This document shows positions 1-9,090 of a stretch of DNA of 64,000 nt, in pieces. This DNA is from Kiritimatiellia bacterium. GTDB lineage: Bacteria > Verrucomicrobiota > Kiritimatiellia > CAIKKV01 > CAITUY01. The notes under the pieces were generated by a model. The model saw only the letters and a list, made by a program, of their open reading frames with translations, was not told the origin of the DNA and ran no database searches. The stretch is taken from positions 283-64,282 of the forward strand of contig JBBQNS010000003.1 in NCBI GenBank assembly GCA_038330175.1, in the 5' to 3' direction. Every line of letters begins with the position of its first letter. Position 1 is the stretch's first letter. The position numbers and the translations under genes were made by a program.

Positions 1-19
1 TTTCATAGTTTCGGCTTTC

Positions 20-2975
20 TTAGGGAAGTTGCTGCACGTTGCCCTCGTTGTCGAGCGTGACGTTTTCGCTACGAGCGCCAGATAGGACCCTAAGCCACCC
101 GGAGCCGTCATATTGGTAGTTCAATCGTTGGATGGTTGACCTACTTTCATCCACACTCGGGTCTAGCCCGTGATCCCTCTCCCAGCCGTCCAGAAGCCCG
201 TCGGCATCCGTATCCGAATTTGTCGGGCAAGCGCCGTAGTGGTATTCGTCAAAGTTTGACAGGCCGTCGCCATCGGGATCGGTGCCCAGTTCATAGACCG
301 CATGCACTTCATTACTGGAGAGGTCGCGGTCGCAGACGCGCATATCGTCCAGAACGCCGGCGAAGAAGTTAGTGGGAGTCGCCCCGGAAGAGGCCCCGAT
401 TCTCAAAACACTGGTATCCTGATCAACCTTACCGAAGCCGCTTCCCCAATCATAGTTTGTGGAGGCGACCGGAACTCCATTGACGAATAGAGCCTGAAGC
501 GTGCCGGCAAAGGAGCCTGCCACATGAACCGGAATCCCGGATGTGAGGGCACAGGGAAACCCAAGGGATTTTGCGCCTGAACTGCAGAACGTGAAAACAA
601 CCTTCCCATTCTCGTAGCCGATACTGTATCCCGCACTGCCACCGGGAACCCGCTTACTCAGGAACATTGCAGTTCCGTTGGTGTAAAGCATTGAAGGGGT
701 GATCCACATTCCAACGCTTATCGCATCAGGCTTGAGCGAGGCGCTATCAGGCACTTCAACACACGCGGTTCCGCTCAGCTGCAGCCCATTGCTGATGATC
801 CATGTCACCCAGGCATTCGAGCCATTTATCAACACACCGTGATTGGTGTTGGCCGTGGTGTCGAAAACATTGGTTCCGTTTCCTTCATCAGGTTTCCACC
901 ATGCTGCCGCGTTATCTTCGCCGCCATGCAACGGATCAAGGCCGTACTTTACCTCCCACCAGTCGGCAATCCCATCCCCGTCATCATCAGGGTCTGCCAG
1001 CGTGATGTCCTGTCCCGTGAGATTGGCATCCAGGAAGACCGGATTGCTGTTGTGACTGCCGACGGCCTCCCAGGATGCCGGCAAGCCGTCCCCACTGCTA
1101 TCCCGCCAGGCCCGCACCCAGTAGCTTACGTTAGGAGGCAGGTGCGTGATGGTGAATGCCCCCATATTGGTGAGGGTGTCGGCATGAACCCAGGCCCAAT
1201 CCGTTCCATTGGTGCAGGCTACGATATGGATTGTCCCTGTCTGTGGGCCGGTATAAGTAATCGCTCCATCCAGGTTGCATGGATGGCTCAGGCTGTTGGT
1301 GGGAACTGTGTCAGCCTCGTATTCCTCCAAATTCGTGTATTCGTCGCCATCCGGGTCGGCATTGTTGGTGAGGCCACCAAAATAGACAATTTCCCACCAA
1401 TCAGGCAGGCCGTTGGTATTGCTGTCAGGATCGGCCATGGTGATGTCCTGCCCTGTCATGCGGTTGGTGATGATAATGGCGATATCGGTCAGACTGCCAC
1501 GGGCTTCGGGCGCATTGGTGGCCCCGCTCCCGTTGCTGTCCATCCAGGCTTTTATCCAAATAGTTGGTTTGCTCAAGATCTGAAATCAGATAGGGCAACG
1601 GACAAGGGGAAGCGGAAACTGAAGACGTGAAGCACTGAGCGGTATTCCAACTGTTTGAATCTGTGGTTGCAATTACCCACACCATACCCGTTTGGCGACC
1701 AGTATAGAAAATGGTGCCCGAGACGTTCGGTGGGTCATTGGGATCCAGCGGATTGTGGCCATGTGCCACCTCCCAGCCATCGCCACACCCATCGCCATCC
1801 GTGTCAAACTTTGTCGGGTCGGTTCCCAATGACATTTCGCCCAGCACATAAATGCTTCCATTCGTGGTGATGCCTCCAGGATAACTGTTCGTCGTGACGA
1901 AACCGCTGTATCCGTCGACTAGACCATCCCCATCAGAGTCCAGCGCATTCGGATCAGTGCGATACATGATCACTTCCCGACCATCCTCAACTCCATCTCC
2001 GTCGTAATCTGCCGAATTCCCTATCTGATAAAACCGATTAACATCGCCGTCTCCGTTGGTTGCACCCGTATCCACCCACATGAGGGAGTTCGTCCCGACT
2101 GTTACCAGATTCGTCTCGGCAAGCCACCAGTGCCGGGCAATAAGATTTGTGCAGATCATCACTTCCAAGCGGTTTGTGAATGTATCCGGATAATCTACCC
2201 GCAGAAGCGTACCTGTGCTCACCTTTGTCATCTGAGCTATCACTACATTAGTGTCGGAACCTGCCGCCTTCATCATTGTCGTCCCGCTCGACACGATTTT
2301 CTTTGGTGTCGCCAAGGTATTCACTTCTTCCAACATCAGCGCGTCCAATAAGGATGAAACCTCCCCCTCCGCATAGGTTTCCACATAGGATTCTGGAATC
2401 AAGGCAATATCCATCTCCACATGGGATGGATCGGTCCATTCTTCCATAAATGCACGCTTGGAAGGATCATACGTCGCCAGGAAAGTATCAGGGAATTCCC
2501 GACGCGCCAACCAAAGAGGATCGTAGTCCGCACTGGGGTTGAATATATAGAAAACCCTACCGTTCGCGTCCAACACCTCAATCTGACGAGTTTTCCGCAC
2601 CTCGCGAAGTCTCAGGTGGTAAACAGGGCTTCCATTCTCAACATCATATACCAGCCCCTTCAAAAAGGAATCGGGGAAGGTTTTTGGATCGAAGGAAAAC
2701 AACCCTGCGGAGAAGCAAACGGGGTTTGGCATTCCGGGGACGAACAACCGAAATGAATTTTCCTGCATCTCGAATAAGCGCTCAACAAGAAAAGCAGGAC
2801 TTTCAGCAACTCTACTTCGAAGATCCTCGATGAGTTTTTCCTGACGATCGGTGATGATATTCCGGCTGATTTCAGTGATTGCCCATACTGAAACAACGGC
2901 CACCAGCAAGCTTACTGCGGCTGTGAGAATAATGGCACGAATCCGAACCCAACCCGTCTTTCCACTCCAAGGCAT
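20..2975 (-). pseudogene. Large secreted/surface protein (~985 codons) with TSP3-like Ca-binding DxDxDG repeats, two tandem Ig/beta-sandwich-like repeats, a LamG/concanavalin domain and a short YD-like tail; interrupted by a 1-nt frameshift at ~1558-1560
   Basis: ORFs 1425..2975 and 20..1576 join if one base of AAC TAT T TGG ATA AAA GCC TGG (minus strand) is removed, giving TNYWIKAWMDSNG, which matches the second repeat SYWVRAWRDSSG. N-terminal hydrophobic segment; RBS GAAAGGA before ATG 2975; many DxDGDG motifs; LamG-like segment ending F.GVLDDMRV.DR.LS..EV. Confidence 0.8.
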
Positions 2976-3000
2976 AAATATCCTTTCGTTTTCTTGAGGT

Positions 3001-3160
3001 CACGCCCAAAAGAGGGCGCGAACCCCAAGATGCATCTCAACCGAAGGGCTAGCACACCCTATTGTAGAAACACACAACAAGAAGCCGCGCCCATATGGAG
3101 GCGCGTTCCCGTCAGTGTCATCTCTACAATGCTAAAAAGTGCTAGTTCTCGGCTAAGATG
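3001..3160 (-). ncRNA. Candidate structured 5' leader (long nested hairpin) of the surface-protein gene
   Basis: Nested complementary pairs on + coordinates: 3033-3044/3149-3160 (G-U tolerated), 3049-3055/3139-3145, 3061-3068/3123-3130, inner 3086-3091/3100-3105; extra hairpin 3001-3020. Confidence 0.55.
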
Positions 3161-3227
3161 ATCTGCGCGTTAACGCATTAAAATCATTAAATTGTCCCTT
3201 CCACCATTACTGGCGGAATTGTTTTTC

Positions 3228-3255
3228 ACAATACATTCAATTTCATTTCTGTCAA
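3228..3255 (-). promoter_or_regulatory. Putative sigma70 promoter for the leader and surface-protein gene
   Basis: Minus strand TTGACA-N16-TATTGT in an AT-rich tract. Confidence 0.4.
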
Positions 3256-3404
3256 AGGGATTCACCATCTTGGAAAACCTGATTCTGCATCAGGGTTTTG
3301 CTGACAGAGCGATTGCTAAAAGAGTAACAGTTTAGCCCTTTATATTTGAGCCGAAATGGGAAGCGGCGATGAGAGTTGCCGTTTATGTTTGGGAGTTCAA
3401 CCGC

Positions 3405-3740
3405 TCACGAGGTATTGGGCGGGTTTCTGAAGAGAGCGGCTTGAGCGGTGGCGGTGTCTTGGGTGAAAAGGGTGTAGAAGAACTTGAGTTCCGACTTGCC
3501 TTGTCGTTGAGCGGTAACCATGAGGCTTGGTATGACGCCTTGAGAGAGGGAGCCTACAGGGGATCGAGTTCCAAAGGAAATCTTTCGCATGATGACCTGA
3601 GGTCGAAGCGACTGTTCTGCCTGGTTATTGGTGGGTTGGACTCCAGGGACAGTGAGGAAAGTAAAAAGGCGGCCATGGTCCTTGACCAGTATGCGGTTGC
3701 GGAGAGTTTCGGCCGCCTCATAGTCGAGTGGTTGTGGGGA
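3405..3740 (-). mobile_element. IS66-family transposase (TnpC) C-terminal remnant, 5'-truncated
   Basis: The start-less open frame upstream of ORF 3405..3590 reads ...HGRLFTFLTVPGVQPTNNQAEQSLRPQVIMRKISFGTRSPVG...IPSLMVTAQRQG, the characteristic IS66 PTNN.AE.SLRP.VI.RK.S.G.RS signature; the frame is closed by TAA at 3741-3743. Confidence 0.85.
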
Positions 3741-3800
3741 TTAGGGTCGTGGGGATTAGAGGGGGATTAGGGTCAGCCCTGGGGGATTAGGGTCAGCCCT
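3736..3800 (+). repeat. G-rich tandem repeat: four GGGGATTAG units, including an exact 20-bp duplication
   Basis: GGGGGATTAGGGTCAGCCCT at 3761-3780 and 3781-3800; partial units at 3736 and 3751. Confidence 0.9.
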
Positions 3801-4032
3801 TAAAAGTTAAAAGCGGTCTGTTTATGGGCTTTTATAACGACTTTTCAACGCGTTATGCGCCCGCCTCGCACAGCCCGAGCCATCATGCGGAACCCCGTCG
3901 TGCGCTGGGTGGACATCGCGCGCAAGCGACGGCCCTACGAAAGCCAATGATTACGAATGCGCAAGCGATGGCATCTACATTGAAAATACCGATGATCTCA
4001 GATGAACCCGCCCGATCCCCCTTTCCAATTTC

Positions 4033-4061
4033 TTGATTTCTTCATGGAAGTGGCGTAATGT
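4033..4061 (+). promoter_or_regulatory. Putative sigma70 promoter of the lipid cluster (near-leaderless)
   Basis: TTGATT-N17-TAATGT ending 10 nt before ATG 4072; no clear RBS. Confidence 0.4.
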
Positions 4062-4071
4062 GCAGGCCATT

Positions 4072-4809
4072 ATGGAAGCGCAACAACGATCTAAAATAGC
4101 ATTGGTAGTGGGGGGCAGCCGGGGTATCGGGCGTGCTATCGCCTTACGACTCGCCCGCTCGGGGTTCGACCTATGGGTAACCTACCTCGAAAACCAGGCG
4201 GCGGCCGAAGAAGTCAAAGCTGCCATTGAGTCGCTCGGCCGGTCCTGCGATCTGCTGAAATTCGATATCTCCGATTATGAGGCCTCCAAGGCTGCATTAT
4301 CAGAAAAAGCCGATCTCTGTGTGCCGGATGCGGTGGTCTTCAATGCCGGCATTGCTCGCGACAACCTCCTCGTATGGATGACCAAGGCGGAATGGGATAC
4401 CGTGATCCGTACGAACCTTGACGGGTTTTATAATGTCATTCACCCCGTGCTATTCCCCATGCTCCGCGAAAAGCGCGGCCGCATCGTGGTGATCTCCTCG
4501 ACATCGGGCCAGGTCGGACAGGCCGGCCAGGTGAATTATTCCGCGTCGAAAGCCGGCCTGATCGGAGCCGTCAAGGCGCTGGCCCGCGAAGTGGGGCGTA
4601 AGAATATCTTCGTGAATGTGGTGGCACCCGGTGTGATCGAGACCGAGATGGTGGCGCATTTGCCCAAGGAAAAAATTCTGCCACTGATCCCTGTAAACCG
4701 TTTCGGAAAAGTCGAAGATGTGGCATCCATTGTTGATTTCCTTTGTTCCGAACCGAACATGTATATCCACGGTCAAGTGATCGGGGTCAACGGCGGCCTG
4801 GCCATCTGA
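4072..4809 (+). CDS. fabG: 3-oxoacyl-ACP reductase (SDR, ApeQ/FabG-like)
   Basis: GGSRGIG Rossmann motif, NAG, YSASK catalytic motif, N.VAPG.IETEM; ATG 4072 preferred over TTG 4033. Confidence 0.92.
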   Translation: MEAQQRSKIALVVGGSRGIGRAIALRLARSGFDLWVTYLENQAAAEEVKAAIESLGRSCDLLKFDISDYEASKAALSEKADLCVPDAVVFNAGIARDNLLVWMTKAEWDTVIRTNLDGFYNVIHPVLFPMLREKRGRIVVISSTSGQVGQAGQVNYSASKAGLIGAVKALAREVGRKNIFVNVVAPGVIETEMVAHLPKEKILPLIPVNRFGKVEDVASIVDFLCSEPNMYIHGQVIGVNGGLAI

Positions 4810-4833
4810 ACCTAACCCGGCTTAGCCGGAACC

Positions 4834-4998
4834 AAGAGGAAGATTTTGAACAGAAGCACGCAAAGCACGCAAAGGCGGCTGCGGCGAGTACGCCGCAACC
4901 GCATTATTTTTGGAATTCAAACACCTGGCATTCTCGCCGAAGGCGTAAACATTCCCTCCTTTGCGGTCTTCGCGAGCTTTTGTTCAAACTCTTTTCTT
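4834..4998. repeat. Imperfect long inverted repeat (REP/MITE-like) between fabG and the oxidoreductase
   Basis: Left arm AAGAGGAAGATTTTGAACAGAAGCACGCAAAGCACGCAAAGG (4834-4875) pairs with CCTTTGCGGTCTTCGCGAGCTTTTGTTCAAACTCTTTTCTT (4958-4998). Confidence 0.7.
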
Positions 4999-5049
4999 GT
5001 CCAAATCATGACCATAATTCGATTGATTCAAGTCGTAAGGAACTAAATT

Positions 5050-6549
5050 ATGGAAAAATACGATCATATCGTTGTCGGTAGCGGAGCGAGCGGGCTGACC
5101 GCTACCCTGCTGCTGGCTTTGAATGGACGCCGGGTTTTGCTTTTGGAAAAAGCGCCCACCCTCGGCGGCTCGCTGGCCCGATTCCGCCGGCAAGGCGTGC
5201 CGTTTGATACGGGATTCCACTTCACCGGCGGCTTACTGCCGGACGCCCTTTTAAGCCGAATGCTGTCGGTCCTCGGACTCATGGATTCGGTTGAGCCGGA
5301 GTTCATGTCTCCCGACCGGGCTCACCAATTTATTTTCGAGGGGGAGAGTCGTCTTTTTGAAATGCCCTGCGGCATCAGCCGCATCCGACTCAAACTCAAG
5401 GATGAATTTCCGGGCGAGACCATGGCGGTGGACCGCTATTTCGACCTAGTGGAAAAAGTTTGTGCCCAAACAGCCTCGATGGACTTGGCGCGACTGGCTG
5501 AATCCGCCCATCGCCTGGACGAGGAATCCATCAGCCTGAAGGAGGTTCTGGACGGCCTCACTTCCAACGGGCTACTGCGAGGCATCCTGAGCGGATTATG
5601 TATGTGCTATGGGACCAAGCCGTCAGAAGTGTCCTTCGCCTCCCACAGCCGCATGTGTTACGACATGTATCAATCCACCGCCCGCTTCCGGCGCGGGGGC
5701 GATGCCCTGATCGATGCGTTTAAGAAGGCCATCCAATCATTGGATGTGGAAGTGCGCTGCAACCAGTGGATTGCCGAATGCCGGGTGGGCGACAATGACC
5801 AAGCCAGCAGTTTCATCATGAACGATGGCCGGGAGGTGGCGGCGGATTCAGCGGTTTTGACCATCCATCCCCAAGAGATTCTGAAACTCCTGCCCCGCAG
5901 CACTATCTCCAAGGCCTTCATCAGCCGGGTGGAGTCGTTTGAGCCCTCCTCCGGATTCTTTACCGTGTACGGCGTAATGGACGGTGAGACGGACCCCCAC
6001 TTCGGCGCCACGATCACCTCGTTGTTTCCAACAGATGATTTCGAGCAGCTTCTTGATCCGGCCTATCGCGGGGAGCAGGCGCTAGTCATTTGCGGCAGCG
6101 TGGAGCCGGTTCAAGGGGTTTCCCGCCGTGTCGTGACCGCTTTTGAGCCGTCCTTCCACGAACATGTAGCCGCGTGGGCAAACTCCTCGGTCAAACACCG
6201 CCCGGCCACCTATGAGGACTATAAGGCGGGGCGCGTGGAAGCCATTCGGAATCGGTTGCGTCGATATGATCCGGCCTTTAACGAGCGGCTCCGTATTCTG
6301 GATGCCGCTTCCATGCTGACCTTCCGGGATTATCTGCATTCGCCAGAAGGCTCCGCTTACGGCATCAAGCAGAAGGTCGGGCAGTATAACTTGATTGGAA
6401 AGCTTCCCGTCCGTAATCTCTTTGCGGCAGGACAAAGCGCGTTGCTGCCAGGAATTGCGGGAGCGATGATGTCGTCCTTCATTGTCATCCGGGCGGTTCT
6501 AGGCAAGGACAACTTTAATCGTTTTGTGAGTGGTAAATTATGCAGTTAA
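5050..6549 (+). CDS. FAD-dependent oxidoreductase, phytoene desaturase (CrtI)/retinol saturase family
   Basis: VVGSGASGL...LLEK...GG dinucleotide-binding motif, FDTGFH, C-terminal GSAYG...NLFAAGQS...PGIAG. Confidence 0.85.
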   Translation: MEKYDHIVVGSGASGLTATLLLALNGRRVLLLEKAPTLGGSLARFRRQGVPFDTGFHFTGGLLPDALLSRMLSVLGLMDSVEPEFMSPDRAHQFIFEGESRLFEMPCGISRIRLKLKDEFPGETMAVDRYFDLVEKVCAQTASMDLARLAESAHRLDEESISLKEVLDGLTSNGLLRGILSGLCMCYGTKPSEVSFASHSRMCYDMYQSTARFRRGGDALIDAFKKAIQSLDVEVRCNQWIAECRVGDNDQASSFIMNDGREVAADSAVLTIHPQEILKLLPRSTISKAFISRVESFEPSSGFFTVYGVMDGETDPHFGATITSLFPTDDFEQLLDPAYRGEQALVICGSVEPVQGVSRRVVTAFEPSFHEHVAAWANSSVKHRPATYEDYKAGRVEAIRNRLRRYDPAFNERLRILDAASMLTFRDYLHSPEGSAYGIKQKVGQYNLIGKLPVRNLFAAGQSALLPGIAGAMMSSFIVIRAVLGKDNFNRFVSGKLCS

Positions 6550-7769
6550 AACGTGTGGTCATTACAGGAATGGGAAGCGTTTCCCCTCTCGGGCGTGGGA
6601 TCCAAACCCTGACCGACGGCCTCAACACCGGTCGCAGCGCGGTCCGCAAAATGGAAGGTTGGGATCAGTATATCGGCTTGCGGAGTCTTGTCGGGGCACC
6701 GGCCGAACTGAAGGACGAACGGCTTATCCCGCGCCTGAGCCGTCGATCCATGGGACGCATGAGTATTTTTGCCGTTCAGGCGGCTCAGGACGCCGTCGCC
6801 GATGCCGCCCTTGATCCGGCACTGGCCACTTCAGGCCGAATGGGGTGCGTGGTAGGCTCCACCACCGGAAGCGCCATCAGCATCAGTCAGGCGTTCGAGA
6901 CCATGCTGCCGGATCACGATTTATCCAAGCTGTCCTCCATGCAGTTTTTCCACTGCATTTCCCATACGGCTACGATGAATGTGGCACAGGCTCTCAATCT
7001 CAACGGCTGGGTGATGGCGACTTCAGCGGCCTGTGCCTCGGCCATGCAAGGGATCGGCGCCGGCTACGACGTGATTCGACTGGGCCGTCAGGATGTCATG
7101 CTGTGCGGTGGCGCCGAAGAACTGCACCCCACTGTTACAGGCTCATTTGATGTCCTCTTCGCCACTTCAGTGAAATACAATCAGACCCCTTCCCTTACGC
7201 CGCGTCCGTTCGACCGCGACCGGGACGGCCTAGTTTGCGGAGAAGGTGCCGGGATTCTGATTTTGGAAGACTATGACCACGCCGTGAAACGGGGCGCCCG
7301 GATCTATGCTGAAATTCTGGGTTATCATACCTGCAGCAGCGGCAATCATGTCAGCGAATCCAGCCGCACCGCCATGGTGACGTGTATGCGGGAGGCTCTG
7401 CAGGCGGCAGACGTACAGCCCCATCAGGTGGATTACGTTAATGCACATGCCACGGCGACCTTGCAGGGCGACAAGGAAGAGGCGGAGGCCATCATCGAAG
7501 TGTTTGGATCCAAGGTTCCGGTCAGCAGTTTCAAGGGTCATCTGGGCCATACCCTGGGTGCCTCGGCGGCCATCGAGTTGAGCGCTTCCCTGGCCGGCAT
7601 GCGGCAGGGTCTGCTCTTTCCGACCCTGAATCTGGACAACATCAGTCCCGAGTGTCAGGGTATCGCCCACATCATGGGGCAGACCTTGAAAAAGGACGCC
7701 CGTATCGTCGTGAAAAACAGTTTTGCCTTTGGCGGTATCAGCGCGGTGCTGGTCTGCCGGATGATGTAA
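6540..7769 (+). CDS. fabF: Beta-ketoacyl-ACP synthase (FabF/ApeO-R-like) with intact Cys-His-His triad
   Basis: RVVITGMG, TSAACAS (catalytic Cys), PRPFDRDRDG, NAHATAT, KGHLGHTLGA, NSFAFGG. Confidence 0.9.
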   Translation: MQLKRVVITGMGSVSPLGRGIQTLTDGLNTGRSAVRKMEGWDQYIGLRSLVGAPAELKDERLIPRLSRRSMGRMSIFAVQAAQDAVADAALDPALATSGRMGCVVGSTTGSAISISQAFETMLPDHDLSKLSSMQFFHCISHTATMNVAQALNLNGWVMATSAACASAMQGIGAGYDVIRLGRQDVMLCGGAEELHPTVTGSFDVLFATSVKYNQTPSLTPRPFDRDRDGLVCGEGAGILILEDYDHAVKRGARIYAEILGYHTCSSGNHVSESSRTAMVTCMREALQAADVQPHQVDYVNAHATATLQGDKEEAEAIIEVFGSKVPVSSFKGHLGHTLGASAAIELSASLAGMRQGLLFPTLNLDNISPECQGIAHIMGQTLKKDARIVVKNSFAFGGISAVLVCRMM

Positions 7770-7791
7770 AGAAAAGTTTTAAGAGGTAAAT

Positions 7792-8058
7792 ATGACTAAA
7801 GAAGAAATCGTCGCATTGACTAATAAGGTTTTTGAGGATTCTTTTGAAATCGAGCCTGCGCGACTGACCCCCCAGGCGACCATTTTTGATGAGCTTGGCC
7901 TAGACAGCCTGGATATCGTGGACTTGATCGTGGCGTTGCAGAAGCAGTTCAAGGTTCAAATCCGCGAAGACGAACGCGTTCGCACCATTCGCACGCTGGA
8001 GGATGTCTACAACTTCATTCTGATGCTGAAGCAAGAGGACGAGAAGAAGGGGCAGTAA
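7792..8058 (+). CDS. acpP: Acyl carrier protein
   Basis: 88 aa, acidic, LGLDSLD phosphopantetheine site; RBS GAGG. Confidence 0.92.
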   Translation: MTKEEIVALTNKVFEDSFEIEPARLTPQATIFDELGLDSLDIVDLIVALQKQFKVQIREDERVRTIRTLEDVYNFILMLKQEDEKKGQ

Positions 8059-8073
8059 TTTACATGTTGTGAG

Positions 8074-8264
8074 GCTCTTGCAAAACCTCGTTTTGCAAGA
8101 GCAGAATCCAGAAGTCAGGAGTCAGAATTCTTTCATCATCTGTGTATTGCATTATTCTGGCTTCTGAATGCTGAATTCCCTCTTGTATGTTGTGACGTGA
8201 TTACTCAAGCTGAATTGTGGAATTTCATGCCCGAAACCCGAAACCCAAAACGCGAAACGCGAAA
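8074..8264. repeat. Composite intergenic repeats: 13-bp perfect palindrome, inverted heptamer tracts and a 5x heptamer tandem
   Basis: GCTCTTGCAAAAC-CTC-GTTTTGCAAGAGC (8074-8102); CAGAATC/CAGAAGT/CAGGAGT/CAGAATT (8102-8129) mirrored by ATTCTGG CTTCTGA ATGCTGA ATTC (8154-8178); CCCGAAA CCCGAAA CCCAAAA CGCGAAA CGCGAAA (8230-8264). Confidence 0.8.
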
Positions 8265-9090
8265 CCGTTGCCCGAACATACCTTTTCGAGCAACGCCTAG
8301 CTACCCTAAGCCCACCGCCTTGGGACGGCGCTTGCTCAAGCGCCTCGAGTGGGTTTGGCTCAACCTCTCTTTCTATTTTCTGCTGGTTCTGTTTTCGTTG
8401 CTCGCGGTTCCCGGGTTCTCGCTTTTTATCGCCGTTCAAACGCCTTTCATTTCGCACCGCCAGGCGATGCGGTTATTCCGCCGCTCTATCCGCTGGTACG
8501 GCTATGTCGTAATCTACATTTTGCCCTTTCCGTTGGTTCGAGTTCGGTATGAGAATCGATCGCAGGGGAAGCTGCCCAATCCCTGCATTGTGATATGCAA
8601 TCATCGCTCCTCCGCCGATCCTTTCCTGATGGGCGCCATTCCGCTTGAGGAAGCGGTTCAGATTGTGAACAAATGGCCCTTTAAATTACCGCTCTGGGGG
8701 CCTATGGCACGCTGGGCCGGATATCTGAGCATCAATGAAATGCCGGTCGAAGAATTTTTCAGTCGGGGCACAGCCCTGATGAAGAGCGGAGCCTCACTGA
8801 TTGCGTTTCCGGAAGGAACCCGTTCACGGACGATGGAGTTGGGGCCGTTTCACGGGACTCTCTTCAGGCTGGCCCTGGAAACCAAGATTCCTGTTGTTCC
8901 CATATGCATCCTGGGAAGTGAACAGGTGCCGCCGCGGGGAACAATGGTTCTGAAACCAGGTCTGGTGTTAGTGCGGAGTCTGCCGCCAGTGACATGGGAG
9001 GTCTATAAGAACCTCTCGCCGTTCCAATTTAAAACCCAGGTGCGGGACATGATCGCCCGAGAGCTCGTGAACATGGAGAGGGACGCATGA
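8197..9090 (+). CDS. Lysophospholipid/glycerol-phosphate acyltransferase (PlsC/ApeD-like); true start probably downstream of the heptamer repeats
   Basis: NHRSSADP (HX4D) and FPEGTRS motifs, N-terminal TM segment; stop overlaps next ATG (ATGA). Confidence 0.88.
   Translation: MITQAELWNFMPETRNPKRETRNRCPNIPFRATPSYPKPTALGRRLLKRLEWVWLNLSFYFLLVLFSLLAVPGFSLFIAVQTPFISHRQAMRLFRRSIRWYGYVVIYILPFPLVRVRYENRSQGKLPNPCIVICNHRSSADPFLMGAIPLEEAVQIVNKWPFKLPLWGPMARWAGYLSINEMPVEEFFSRGTALMKSGASLIAFPEGTRSRTMELGPFHGTLFRLALETKIPVVPICILGSEQVPPRGTMVLKPGLVLVRSLPPVTWEVYKNLSPFQFKTQVRDMIARELVNMERDA

Noticed and set aside
839-1630. 263-aa plus-strand ORF
   Set aside because: Antisense to the well-supported surface-protein gene; typical shadow ORF.
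3369-3770. 133-aa plus-strand ORF
   Set aside because: It is the antisense shadow of the IS66 remnant and runs into the G-rich repeat; it has no motifs of its own.
3761-3800. 20-bp direct repeat as a mini CRISPR array
   Set aside because: The copies are directly adjacent with no spacers, and no cas genes are in the window.
3824-4036. 70-aa ORF or transposase start between the repeat and fabG
   Set aside because: No RBS or family motif, and it overlaps the predicted fabG promoter.
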